DNA of 64,000 bases from Lytechinus pictus (lineage: Eukaryota). The translations under genes were made by a program, and so were the position numbers. The stretch lies in the NCBI RefSeq assembly GCF_037042905.1, contig NC_087251.1:17920001-17984000 (forward strand), given 5' to 3'. How positions within the stretch are numbered: position 1 is the stretch's first letter; every line of letters begins with the position of its first letter. Below are positions 28,001 through 41,645 of this stretch, piece by piece. Below the pieces are notes generated by a model. The model was not told where the DNA came from and made no database searches. It saw only the letters and a program-made list of their open reading frames with translations.

Positions 28001-31000
28001 TATATCATGTTATGACAATACTATACTAGTATTAATGAACTTCAGATAGTAATCTACCAGGGTCTCGTCCCAAGTTTTTGTTCTCTTTTCCCTTCAAAGG
28101 AATGTATTTCCATGGAACTACCACGAGATGGACAAATACAGCACTGCAGCTGCTAAATCCAGCTTCAGATCATTTCAAAATGGCGCCTGTCCTGACGGCT
28201 TCAGGGAGCAATTGGAGGTTATTGACAGCCTGGTTTCCAAAGGATATCATCAAGTATTCACCAGCAGCCACTGCAAAACTTGTACTAAAGAACAACAGCC
28301 GACTCCCTCGACGATGTGCCATCTTATGGACGTTCGCTCATCATTAAGACGAAGTGACATCGAAGTCTATGATAAATCTTGGAGTAAAATGTTGTCTGTG
28401 TGGTTTTGTGTAGGGTGGTGTGGAAGGGTGTATGAATTTGTGTATGTCAGGGAGTGTTTGCGCGCAAGTGCTTGTGTGTTGATGTTTTGAATAAGAATCT
28501 AGGACACATTTACGAACCTTCGACATGAAATAAGGAAAAATTGACATTTTGATAAATTTGCAGTAGAAAAGAAAAATAACAGGACTGAATTATAATAACG
28601 CCTTCTCAATGCCTAGCTCATAACCCAATCATTAGTCTTTGGGGGCTCCAATATGAAAATGCAGAGTAGGGGTTCCCCCTCCAGGCACTGTCTATCCATA
28701 TCCCATGCGGGCTTTTGGAAGAGACAGGCGTTGGCTGACTGACTGACTTTGGGATGCGACACAACGCCGAAGGGGATGATGTCAGCATCGATGAAAAAGA
28801 TGCTGACACTGATTAGGGACAAAAAGCAGCCTGTGCTCAAGATGCTTAATTGCTGGCTCTAGGCGGCACATGGAGTGTGGCGCAGATGGCACGCCTGAGT
28901 GGTGCTTCAAGAGTGCAAAGGATATTGGCATGCCCTTCGATCTGACAAGCTTGTATCAAATGAGGCATTACGCTAATATCTTAAAACTATTTATTGAATG
29001 ATAAGCTGCACGAAGTGAGATAAAATACGACTAGAATAAATGCTACAAGTTTGGTATTCTTCATTCAATAAGTTGGTGATGATTTATCATAGATGGAAGG
29101 AACCTGTACTATCAACAACCTGATGATAACCCTTCCCCTCTTTCACTTCATTGATATGACGCCCTTTGAGTCAATCCATGAAGTGGTGACCCGACTGATG
29201 ATGCTGTAGGCAGCGTCTGGGTGACGCTGTTTGGAGAGCAAGGTGTTAGGGTCTGCCTGAGGATACATCAGTGTTTACGTGTTGGTACGAGGACTCAAAG
29301 GAGGGGGCAATGCTCTCTTGTTCGCAGAACACCCTCAAGATAAACATCTTATCTTCACACCAACTGTGAGCGAAAACTACTCTGTGCTACAGTTAGCAAT
29401 ACAACACAAGTCATCGCCCAAGAAAGGTGCAAAGATAGTAACGGGAATAGTATAAAACTGATACCAAAAATTAAAGACAGGGACAAGATACAGATGGGAT
29501 CTAAAGATGTAATAAATAAAGTAATAAATAATGAGCATTAATGGTATACGTAGAAGGAATGTTTCAGTAATAATAGCGAGGGGTGTGTGAATTGTTTCTC
29601 CACATTTCACCCAAAGACCTTTTTCATAATGTTTATTTAAGAGTGGTCACAGTCAGTGAGAAGTGCAATAAAATATTATGATGCAATTTCATGTCAAAAG
29701 ACCCCCTTTTCAGCAAAACAAGATATCGGTCACAATGCAGCTGTGGTCTGATTAATATCTTGGTTGAGACAGCACAATTCCTTGAGATACAAAACGTGAT
29801 CTTAGGCAAATTCGAACATCACTATTAAAGTACCTGTTAATAAAAGTTGAGCATTCTATTGAAACAGGTATGAAGCGCTATTTCCATTTTACTACAGCAA
29901 ATTTATAAAAGGCGTCTTTTACATTAGTTTTGAACGTCTTTGTATAATCAACAACCATTTAGCTGCTGACTGAGTTTAACAGTCAATCATAAAGTGATGA
30001 TCATTGAGAGCACAATAATATTTTGACTATTATCTACAGGATGAGATTATTGAGATACAGGAAGATCCATTTATACACAACGAACCAAAATGTTGCCGAT
30101 TTCATTGTACAGAATACATTCCTGCCAAACATGCCTAAGAACTAAAGAAATACTGTATTTCGACCTTGAGTCCAGTCAGTCAACCATTTCATACACTTCA
30201 CCTTATTTAAGAGGTTATTCTGCAGGCCCGCGGCAATTGAGATAATAGTTCCATATCTACCCTAGATAGCAACAAGAGTCTGTCGTGTAATTGTCAATGT
30301 ATATCGGAAGAGACCGTCGTACACGGAGAAAGAACGGTGGTGGATTTATCATTCTTGTATACAACGCATCGTTCGCATTGGCTTCCGAAAAATAGGGGAA
30401 CATACAATAAAAGAGCTCAATGATTTACATCACAGACTCATTAAAAGTGATCGTGAGAAGAATAAAAGATTCTGATAAAAGGTAGCATTAGACATGTTAG
30501 AAAGTCTGGGATCATGATTATGGGAACCAAACACAGGGGAACACGCCCAGGACTCCCCCAGGAATTTCAGAGATTTTTTTTTCCAGCAGTCTATATGAGA
30601 GGGTTGCCCCCCCCCCCTCAGACGAACATGCTTTGGGAGTAATTAGAGGTACAATAGATTCCTATATTCTATACCAGTACATTGGTTTAGTACCATCTGT
30701 TATGCTTAACGAAAAAGTGAAAGGGTGATCTGGTACATTTATACTGTCGTAGAAGGTGAGGAATAAACTTGAATTCCAGTCTCACATTACCAAAATGGAA
30801 AGATTCGATAACGTTTAAGACGTTCAATATTTATCAAATAACATTCGCCTTGCACAACAGCATAACAATTTTACACCCTGAGAGAAATAGATATCATCCG
30901 TTACAAAACTTGCGAAAGGAAACAGGCGGGGGTTTCCCCTTTCTTCACCAGGTAGTATAACGTTTCACCCACACGCCTTCCTCCGGACGCAGTTGCCACA

Positions 31001-33524
31001 TTCTCGTTTAATCTACTTCTTAATACCAAAGGCAGGACAAAACACAATCAGCAAAACAAATTTCATTAAAACGGGAGAATGTGTAATCCCCTTCCCACAT
31101 TAAGAAGAATTAAGAAGATAATTGGTATTTCAAAGTATAGCTGTGGGTGGAGAACAGTAAAGATGTTCAGTCAGTAGTTTCTAGGACATGCACCTTTTTT
31201 ATTATTACAAAATCAAGAGAGTATTGCAAAAAGGACAGAAGGACGAGATGGAAAAGGGAAAATGAGGGGGAATTTCGCACATGTGTAGCAGGCGCTCTTG
31301 TGACAGTAAATGGCGACATAGCCCCCGGCGGTAAGAGTGAGAGTGTGTATTGGGGTCAGATCTGGAAGCCGTTATAATTCGACTGTCAAGTGATGATGAA
31401 GCACTGCGATTGGTACATGAATCCACCTCAGGTGTCTTATCAGTGTCTGGTAATGGCCTCATCCATTTCCCTGAGACGATACGGTTCGCAACCACAAAAC
31501 TACATCCTCATTGAGGAAGAGTGGGCGTTTTATTCTCTACGATTAAAATGATTACGTCACATAATCTGTCAGAACCCCCTCCCCCATCCCCTTCCCCTGT
31601 CTATATTTCTTTCTTCTTGTTTTACATTCTATAATTTCAAATATTTGCTTTTTTATGCAACATAGTCCATAGTGAGCCATATTAATAAAATAATAATTTC
31701 AATGGGAGCGAGTATTATTGGTTTTGTTGTTTGAAGATTTGGTGTGTTTCTGTTTTCTTTAGTTTGAATGATATGCCACGATCAATGTTTAAGAACACAA
31801 CATTTGTCAACAACAAAAAATGAAACTTCGAATATTCATGTTCAAAGATTTCTTTACATCAAAGTTGCATAAGATCATTGATGTCATACATTCGGCCTTT
31901 TTTATTTCGCGACTAATGGGAGATTGTAAGTGCAAGGAAAGGCCAAATGCAAATACAAGGAACAAAATTCATATCATTATCAGGTAAAGTGATACAAGGA
32001 AAACGAAGGCATATGTGCGGATACATGCTATTCTTGTAAGTAAAAACAAACCAGATCACATCTGAAAATGGTACCGATTTGATTTGAATATAAAATCAGT
32101 GAAGAACAATACTAAAACCAAACATGAAAGGTAAGTATAGAAGAGTTCCCCCTGCAGCTTTTAACGTGGTAGAGGGAGGTACATGAAGAAAAAGTAAGGG
32201 GAAAGAGATAGAGATTGGTTGGACGCCATCTGAAAGGGCAAGATTTAGAAGTCGGACATTAGGGATTTCGCGAGGCAATCCACAAAAGCAGAGTTGTATT
32301 GGATACTGTGGAGTGTCGGCTTACAAATGGATGTGCATCCGCGGCTGAATATTTTGGAGTTTGTCAGGGAGATCGGAGAGCGCGGGAAAGTTTGCCCGTC
32401 TCAAATGTCATGTTTGCCAGCATCGAATGACGACGACTCGTGAGATGTCTGGCAAACCGCGTCGAGTTTCCCCCAATCAGTTTCCTCCTCTCAGACTACA
32501 TGATGGGATGAGGGACAGAGAGTGAGAGATAAAGGTAGAAAGGAAAGACGAGACGGCCAGGAGAGAATCAAGGGAAGCATTACTTTACTTCACGCTCTGA
32601 TTCTAGGTTTTCACTTTACTTGCATCTGCCGGGATGGTTCAAACCACTTTTTGGGGTTTCAGATTATAGAGGGGGCCTCAAATCGTCTTTCTTGTTTAAA
32701 CCAAGAATCGTTTCTCTCGCGCCCGGTTTAGCTTGCATCTCGTGGGGCAAGTGACGAAACCAAACTCCCGCCAATTCTCCGCCACTAATCCTCCGAGAGA
32801 ACCTCGCGCTACATTTGAAACCATTCCCCTTTGCAAACCAATATGACGCTTGTTTTCTCGATGCTGTTTTTATCGAAATTATGAGCGGTTTCGTATCCGC
32901 ACGCGGCGTAAATCAATACTGCTTTCATCCCACACCAATTACTTTGTGATGTAGACTGACAGGGGTATGCTATTCGTTTACATCGAGGTGCCTCTGATTC
33001 GAGACTCGAACTATATACGCGCTGCATCGATAACGTTTTTAAAAACTTTCTTTTTAACGAACCCTCAAAAGGGGAGAAATGAACGAAAAGTGGCGCGATT
33101 TTAAACGTGATATTCCATCACCCGGTCTCAAGATTGAATGTCCCGAGTGAAACGTTCTTCAATCTCAGCATCCGATATCATCAGCGGTGATACACTTCTG
33201 CAATCCTACCATCGAATACCACACTCCTCAGCTGTCTACTTTCATTCTCAATAGAGGAAACCTGACCATGATGTTGATTGTCGGGTCATTTTTCTCTTAA
33301 CAGATGTTTCTATAGCACTCCCATCTATTATGGCCCCGCCTCGCATTAAGGAAAAATATCAACCGGGCGAAATAACAACCTCTCGTCTTGCAGTAAACTA
33401 AGCCAAATAACTCCGCGGGGCTGGTACATCCTAGTCGACCGCTCGTATTGCAGATCGCCGTCAGCCATGTCACTGACAATGAGACATTCCTCTCTCCAGA
33501 GTCTTTGAGCATATAGTGTTCATG

Positions 33525-33538
33525 GTTTCCATGGCAAC
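33525..33538. promoter_or_regulatory. RFX X-box consensus site
   Basis: GTTTCCATGGCAAC matches GTTNCCATGGNAAC; function untested. Confidence 0.4.
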
Positions 33539-35489
33539 ATACACAGAAACTTATCTTGACCCCGTGGGCAACTTATTTCTGGTGCGTTCATACTTCAAGT
33601 TCATCTCCAACCTACTTGCCGGATATCCTGAGCTTTCGGTTGAAGAAGCTAAATCGCTCTTGAATCCAGCCACATCCACCGTACGAGCTGCTAAACTTCG
33701 ATCAAGTCATTTCTCCAAATGACCTTCTAAACCTTATTCTTCTCACCAGGACACAATGCAGATTTGAACCGAATGTCTTGTTGACTCCAGTTTCTAAAAA
33801 AAAACTCAACTTCAATGATCAATAAAACTCTTAAAATTCCCAGCAACACAAGGCACAAACAAAATAAAAGCTCTTATTATATGTGGTGCCTTGACAAAGC
33901 CTACAGAGAAATCTCTAGAAGGAAACAAAGAATGGAGATGAGACATCGCATCTGTCAGGATGATGGAAGATGCCCCCCAACCTGCATCTTATTTCATCCC
34001 CAAAGACTTCTGACTGACCAATGAATATAATAGAGTCTGCTTCATGTGTTCCTCTAAACAAATGGGTACCAAAACATCCAGTTGTTGGCCTCCAGCCCTG
34101 ACGAATGTTGCACAGCAGCATTGCATGTCTTGCTTATCATGCTGGACTTAGTCAACCAATTCGTGAATAAAATATCTTCCCCTCCAATGCCTCCATCAAT
34201 TTTAGTAGAGTGAGTATTAAAGATATTAACTAAAATATCTAGGCTGTCAAATTTGCAGCAAACAGTTGCACCTAATTAACCTGCAGTTAAGCCAAGGAAT
34301 GCTGCATTCATCAATCAATAATCAAATTAAAAGTGGTATTCTTATCTTAAGGTACTCTGTAATGATGTCATTTGTAATACTAATGCAGAAAATCCACTCT
34401 ACCAAGTGTTCAAGGCCAATGTGATGACAGAAAGAAAAAAATTATATCCATACACTCTTACATCAAAAAACATATGAAAGACAATGAATAAAGTACCAAC
34501 ACAACAGTCAACGCATTTGCGGAGATTAAAAATATGTTACAAGATATTTGTAATTATATTTGCTGCTGAATCAAAATAATAACAATATTTTTTCCCCTCT
34601 GCACTATAGTTTAGAATGTCTTTACATCGGCATCCACCCTACATGAAAAAGGTATAATAAATTCGAAACGTGGAAATTTCGAAAATTAAAAGAGAACATT
34701 AATTACTGTTCATAGATTCTTGTTAAATCTAATCAAAATACTTCTAATTATTTGCAATATATTTTTAACATCTGCAAAGCAAACACAAACTTTGACTTTA
34801 AAGCTGGAAATCTTGAACCATAATTTCAAGCTGTGGAAGACATCACAGACTTTGTTCTGTAAGCAGTAAGGTAAATTGAATGTAGGACAGTGAGAGAACT
34901 AAGGTCAGTAACTCTATAATGGTACAATGATCTCCATCTCTTTCCAATCTCCATCCATCATTACACTCTATCGTATGATGATATTCTGTTTGACACAAAC
35001 ACTCTCAACCTTCTGGTCACTTGGAAATCTAGGCTCTGTATCTTCTCTTTCTCTCTCTCTCTCTCTCTCACAGGCACACACACTCACACTGTCTCTCTCA
35101 CGCACTCTCTCTCTCTAAAAAAATACATTCTGTACTGGGAATAGCAGTATGCCACATTATCATCTAGCATCTGTATGTGCTTCATAGGGACTCTTTGATT
35201 ACCCTGGCCTTAGGCTTAGCCCATTACCCTTTTAAAGCACATAAGCATTTCAAGGAATTAATTCCTTCCAGGTACCCATTTACCTCACCTAGGTAAAGTG
35301 GGTCACCTGGGTCACCCCATCTCTCTCCTTTCTTCTCTTCTTTCTTTTCCTCTCCCCCTCTCTCTCTCTCTCTCTGCCCTTCTGTCTGTTTCTCTGCATT
35401 TAAATGACTCTATTAATTATCCCAATGTCTACTGTATATCTGTCCCTTGCCCCTACCCTTCTTCTCATTCTGTGAGTAAGTGGCATACA

Positions 35490-36310
35490 ATTCAAATTCA
35501 AAAGTTTGATATAAAATCCTGACATTGAAGGATCATCATCAAAAACAAAGAAACATAAGAAAAAAAATAATACAACTTAAGCATAACATAGTAACAACGA
35601 GGTATTAAAAAAAAATTGAAAAAAAAACAAAGAGAAAAAAACACCAATCTTGGATGAAATGTTAGATGCGAGATACATATCAATGCATAAATATACACAC
35701 ACATACATAATATACCTAAACATTAATACACCCATACCTAGATCAATTGGAATTTGTTTTTGTTAGTTATTCTCATAAAATCCGGCAGTACCTCCTTTAA
35801 CTTGTTAAATTATTTATTTCGGGGTTCTTCGAGGGCCTTACAGTGTACAGTGAAATGGTATTTATCCTCTACATAAGTCGAACAAACAGGACATATTCTA
35901 TCGTTTACAGCAATCCTATTATATCTACCTTGTTCTATCATAAGTTTACTATTGCTTATTGTTAACTTTGCAAAATTAGTGATGTGCGTCTTTTCAATAT
36001 CTAATAGTAGGTAATTTTCAATCTTATAATTTTTTTTCAGTGTTTCATAGGTTCTTAGTTTATTGCATTGGTCATGGGAATGTTGGGTGTTATCGTTGAG
36101 ACTGTTTTTCCATGATATTATATAACGATCATTGAGTTTTTTCATAATTGCTTACAGAAGTGCTCTTTTTGAGAAGGTTCCCTGGTTTTCCCACACATGA
36201 AGGAAGCCGATTTGTTTTAATAATATTCGTATGTAATTTTGGAACCCGTTATTAAAATGAAGCGACACATCATATGCTCTTTTTACAAGACTGTTATCTT
36301 TTATTGGAGA
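35490..36310 (-). mobile_element. 3' fragment of a non-LTR retrotransposon (ORF2 C-terminus plus 3'UTR), possibly RTE-X-like
   Basis: ORF 35810-36145 KLRTY...ENYL...LMIEQGRY...RICPVC...VEDKYHF..HC is the typical C-terminal Cys/His region of LINE ORF2; short TTGAA-type tail near 35490. Confidence 0.8.
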
Positions 36311-37589
36311 TAATAAATAGGTATCATGCTATAATTCGAGTGCCCCCCCCCCCCCCCCGGATCAGCAACATCAATGGATAACTCCAAATGTCCAAGACAT
36401 CAAAACAATATATGGACCTCATCAATAATTGTATAATTAAATTACTATTAAACTTAACTGACAGTCTGTAATAAACAATAAATATCTACTTTTTCTCTTT
36501 GCGTTACAAGACCTTGTTCTGGTGGATGATCAAATAGAACCAGAAAGTTTAATTAACATCAACAGGAGAGCATTCATGGGAACGTCCAATTGATGTCACT
36601 CGTAGACACAGATAAATTGCCCAAGGACACACTGAGTCCAGTGGTAAACTTGACAGTGTACATTTATATCAGCAGCACTTATGAATGCTTTTCACATGAT
36701 TCTCAATATCAGGTGAAATGTGATTTCTCTGGTATAGTGATGAACTGGCCACTCTTCGAAAGGCCCTACAACAATTCAGGCGAGATTTGCTGTCAAAATC
36801 TGGTGATCAGATTTTTGCCTTGATATTGAAATTAATATGAAAACTAAACTATGGTCTACAAAAATACAAGGGCAATCAACAAGAGTACAGGGATGAACAA
36901 GTTCATTCAGAGGTGCACATCATCAAGAGAAATGGATGCCTCACAATACAGAACAGAGGCATACATCAGCAGTACCAGCAGCCTCCTGCAGTCTCTCAGA
37001 GCCACCCCTGGATAGAAGGTAGAATCAGGTTATGCATGTATGAGTGTGTGTATCCAATACAATCATACATCATCATCAACTACAACCAAACGTCAACATG
37101 GTCTCAGGTATCCAACCTTGGTATCTCTGGTATTCACTGTGTCATTGCAGCCCTCCTCTCCAACCTCCCAAAACCCAACGCTAATTGATACGTAAGAAAA
37201 GACGACAGCAGCTATGCGCTCCATGAGGTAATGACCTCCGTACTGGGGACCGTCACATGATCTGACGGTGTCACATGATCTAAATACCCCATCAATTCTG
37301 CTTGGCTGGTCGGCTTTCAAGGTGCGTCACGTCACATCACTTTGGCATGCCAATGAGATAACATGATGATCGCAGTAATATCAGGCACTCGTCTTCTGTC
37401 ATTCACCTTCATGAAGTACGATACCCCAGGTATAAACATGTATGCTTGAACTTGGCAATTCAATTATCAGTTTGTCAAGTAACTGGCAAGTATAATGGAC
37501 ATCAATTGCAGGACTTGTAAATATGGCTGTTGTGGTTAACATTGTGATTAGAGGTACTACATGGGGTACATGTATTAGAAATAGAAGGA

Positions 37590-37661
37590 GCAGTAGAAAT
37601 AGTACTTAGTAGTTGTAGTAGTATCAGTTGTATTAGTAGAAGAAGTTCGAAGAATAAGAAT

Positions 37662-37715
<54 letters not shown>

Positions 37716-37860
37716 CAGTAGTAGTAGTAGTAGCAGTAGTAGAAGCAGTAGTAGTAGTAGTAGTGGTGGTGGTGGTAGTGATGGTGGTAGTAGTAGTAAA
37801 TTTGTAGTAGTAGTAGTAGTAGTGGTGGTGGTGGTGGTAGTGGTGGTAGTAATAGTAGCA
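37590..37860. repeat. (TAG)n/(TGG)n trinucleotide microsatellite
   Basis: Direct inspection; explains the poly-Tyr ORF. Confidence 0.97.
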
Positions 37861-38369
37861 TATTTTTAAACCTTAATGTAGTTTATTTTCAATATTTTCA
37901 TAAACTTTACCAAAGACAACAAATGGATGATGAAACCATATTTAGAACTTCAGTTTGAATAGAGATAAAGGTTAGAACCTCAAACAATTTTCTTGTATTT
38001 TCAAAAACATCTACAATAGCAAAATTATAAATCAATGTTTTCATTTGCATCATTTTGTTTCTATTTATTTAAAAATATGAAAAAAAGCATAAAACCTGCC
38101 TACAAGATTTTAATCTTTTTGGTTGCCTCTTACCATATGTTGATTTTTCTTTTACATGAATGTATAAATCATATTTATTTGTTGTATGTGTTGCTATATG
38201 TATGCATTTATACATGTTATATTTAATACATTGTATTAAAAAAAAAAATTATGGTTAATAAAAAATGATTTTTTCAATACATTGTATTAAAATATTTTTT
38301 ATATGGTTAATAAAATGATTTGAATAAATACAAACCCAAATGAAACTAGGACAATCATTTCAAACAGTG

Positions 38370-38660
38370 AACGATTAAGTAATTGATAGTGGTTATGGCT
38401 CTCATCTTTCAATCAGAGGGACATGGGTTCGAATCACAGCCACGGTGAGTTTTCCTTCAGTAAGAAATTTACCCCCATTGTGCTGCACTCGTCCCAGGTG
38501 AGGTAAATGGGTAACCAGTAGAATTTATTCCTGCACGCTTTGACGCTGATATGGCAGCTCCGCTATGGCCAGGGGAATAATATGATACTAAGTATTAAGC
38601 GCAGTTGAGAAATGCACATAGCAACTGCACTATAAACATTATTATCATTAATTATTATTT
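38370..38660 (+). mobile_element. tRNA-derived SINE with central core; minus-strand fragment of the same family at ~35195-35295
   Basis: TAGTGGTT A-box remnant, B-box GGTTCGAATC, core cccaggtgaggtaaatgggta, (ATT)-like tail. Confidence 0.8.
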
Positions 38661-38814
38661 TTACAGTCAGGAACACATTTCTTACGATTTCATTTTCTCA
38701 CTTTCCACAGCAACAGCTCAAAATCATATCTCATTATCACAATACAAGATATTGGATCCTGAGGATTTTCCAGCAATGAATAGTCAAGTATGTCAAGATT
38801 ATTAATGTAATCTA

Positions 38815-38952
38815 ACAAATACCCATGTAACACCTGGGTGGAGAGTGGCAGATGAAGATTAATAGCTTGCCAAATGATGCTTACTAGTGCAATGGTGGTA
38901 TTTGAGCTCACAACCATCCAATTGAAAGGGAAGAATCAGAACCACTACACCG
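38815..38952 (-). mobile_element. Decayed SINE fragment
   Basis: Minus strand begins GGTGTAGTGGTT with a degenerate B-box, followed by a ccacccaggtgttacatgggta core. Confidence 0.55.
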
Positions 38953-40451
38953 AAATACTGCACAATGATCAAATGATGTAACTGAACATTTAACATCTTA
39001 TAGTATGGATGCCTTTAGCAAGAAGTAATATCTTTTAATCCCACATGCCTTAGACTTGGCATCACCACCCCACTATCTTTGTTTTGCCTTAGAACTAGAT
39101 CCATATCAATCAGCTTACCATACATCAATCATCCAGAGATAAATTGGAAACACAATATCAACACTAGAAGAGGCCAGGACAATACCATTCTGAGGTACCA
39201 AAATCATCGTCAACACCAGATTGCCCAGAGAAAAAACTGACTCCGATCACCAAACCAATAAACATGTTGGAGAAACAAAGAGGGAGAGAAAGGGAGAGAG
39301 TGAAGGAAAGAAAGAAGAAAAAATACCTGCTTTCACTCACTACTTGGCATTAATGTACAGGTTTCGGTTTCATACCCCAGGCGATGTGACTCGAGATTGA
39401 CGACGATCACAAAATCAAGATATCCACCACGTTGGGTGGGAAAAAAAAAGATGCTGGAAATGGATCAATATCAGAATCGGTATTCTATCTGTCACATTCA
39501 ATATATACATTTTTCCTCGCGCAGACATACAGAATGCTATTTGAGGACATTGCCTTTCGATTCGCGGGGAAAAGGAAAGCCTGTTTCTGAAACATTAGCT
39601 GTTTATTAAAATCCGTAACCTGATTTTGGAGGAGTCTGACGTGCTAAAATGCTGAAATATATTCAATAACCAATATCATGATACGTACAAAGCACTCAGA
39701 AATCGGAATGATATACTTCTTCTCAACCGATGGTCAAACTGCAAGCCGGATAGAGTGTTGATCACTGAGGTACACCAAAACGAGAGAGTAATGATGGTTG
39801 GTAAATAACTTAGACAGGGAGATTACAATCATAAGAAATTCAACCTGTATCTTATAGAATCCATTTGATAAGATAGAGGAGTAAGGTAACAGGCTTAGGA
39901 CCCCTAAACACTGTCCAACTGAAAGTGGACTGAGGCCATCTCTGGAGGCAGCTTAATGCATGCATAACATCAGATTTTCTGGAAAGTCTAACTGAGGCCA
40001 CCTTTATTTCAGTTCATCTATGTGGTTTGAGGCCGGACGAAGGCCGGGTTTGGTCTAGTAAATAGCATAATTTAGTATCTCCAAAGAGGACTGGGGCCAG
40101 GTTATAATGTAGAAGTTGTTTGACTTTAAACAGTGGTTGCTTTGCTCAGGTCCAAAACTTTTATTGTTTGTAATGGCTTTTTATTTTTCTTAATCAAATT
40201 CATATGTCCACTATTATACTAATTGCCAAAAAGTAAAAAATGTTATATGTACGAGACAATTGTTATGTTTTATGATTTTAAGTTCAAAATTTCAGATCTT
40301 TATTAAGCTAGTGTCTTTAATATTTGAATTCAAGTAGACCTATTAACAACAGAAATTAAATTATGCAGCTTCATTTCTATAAAATGGTGGTCTGTGGTGG
40401 GCTTACCAGTATGCAAAGACACAAAATTGAGACCTGCCAACATTTGAAAGT

Positions 40452-41437
40452 AAACAAGGCAATAGCGATTTTGTGTCTCGCCCACTTATGAAAATAACCA
40501 GAAATATCGTGATTTGCGAGGGCACGCAACAGAATTGTATCGAAACTTCATTGTGAAATGACTGGGATAGAATAACACTTGTCATAAGAGCCTTGCACGT
40601 AAACTTTAATGTTGACTTGAAAATGACCTTTGACCTTACCATGTGACCTCCAACTGCAGCGTAACATGCAGGTCCCCCAAATTCATCTACCATCCAAGTT
40701 TGGTTGACAAGTGACTTACGGTTGCGGAGTTAGGTGTCATAAGAGAGTCTTGCATGTAAACTTTAACGTTGTCCTGAAAATGACCTTTGACCTTACCATG
40801 TGACCTCCAACTGCAGCATAACATGCAGGTCCCCCAAATTCATCTACCATCCAAGTTTGGTTGAAAAGCAACTTACTGTTGCGGAGTTAGGTGTCATAAG
40901 AGTCTTGCATGTAAACTTTAACGTTGACCTGAAAATAACCTTTGACCTTACCATGTGACCTCTGACTGCAGCATAACATGCAGGTCCCCCAAGTCCATCT
41001 ACCATCCCAGTTTGGTTGAAAAGTGACTTACGGTTGCGGAGTTAGGTGTCATAAGAGAGTCTTGCATGTAAACTTTAACGTTGACCTGAAAATAACCTTT
41101 GACCTTACCATGTGACCTTTGACTGCAGCATAACATGCAGGTCCCCCAAGTCCATCTACCATCCAAGTTTGGTTGAAAAGCGACTTACGGTTGCGGAGTT
41201 AGGTGTCATAAGAGAGTCTTGGATGTAAACTTTAATGTTGACCTGAAAATGACCTTTGACCTTACCATGTGACCTCTGACTGCAGCATAACATGCAGATC
41301 CCCCAAGTCCATCTACCATCCAAGTTTGGTTGAAAAGCGACTAACGGTTGTGGAGTTATGTGTCATTAGGTTTGTGACGGACGGACGACATTTGGATCCC
41401 TAAGTCTCGCCTACACCTCCGGTGGGCGAGACAAAAA
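40452..41437 (+). mobile_element. Complete Helentron-associated element, family A, 5 cores of ~156 bp
   Basis: 5' subTIR TGTCTCGCCCA, tandem cores, (GACG)n microsatellite, 3' hairpin GTCTCGCC...GGCGAGAC ending in an A-run. Confidence 0.92.
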
Positions 41438-41645
41438 GGAATACTCCAGAGGCTCGAAAATTATAATTTCGAGTTATTTAAGAGTAATTCCATACGCATT
41501 GCATGGCATTACTAATTTCTTTAATGTGGTAATAGAACAGATGCACCATGCGGCATATTTGCAAATACATGTGAATATAAATGGTGAACATACGGATGCA
41601 AATGTATAGATACATGTATTTAATTTCAAAAGAAGTTTTACTTAA

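Noticed and set aside
29195..29262. CTGATGA...CTGA, possible C/D snoRNA or hammerhead
   Set aside because: No GAAA after the stem, no terminal stem, and antisense to the only identified host gene.
36568..36645. Plus-strand AG...GT-bounded 78-nt open segment
   Set aside because: Weak splice signals, no partner exons, expected by chance.
37502..37861. Poly-Tyr/His/Leu ORF
   Set aside because: Translation of a trinucleotide microsatellite.
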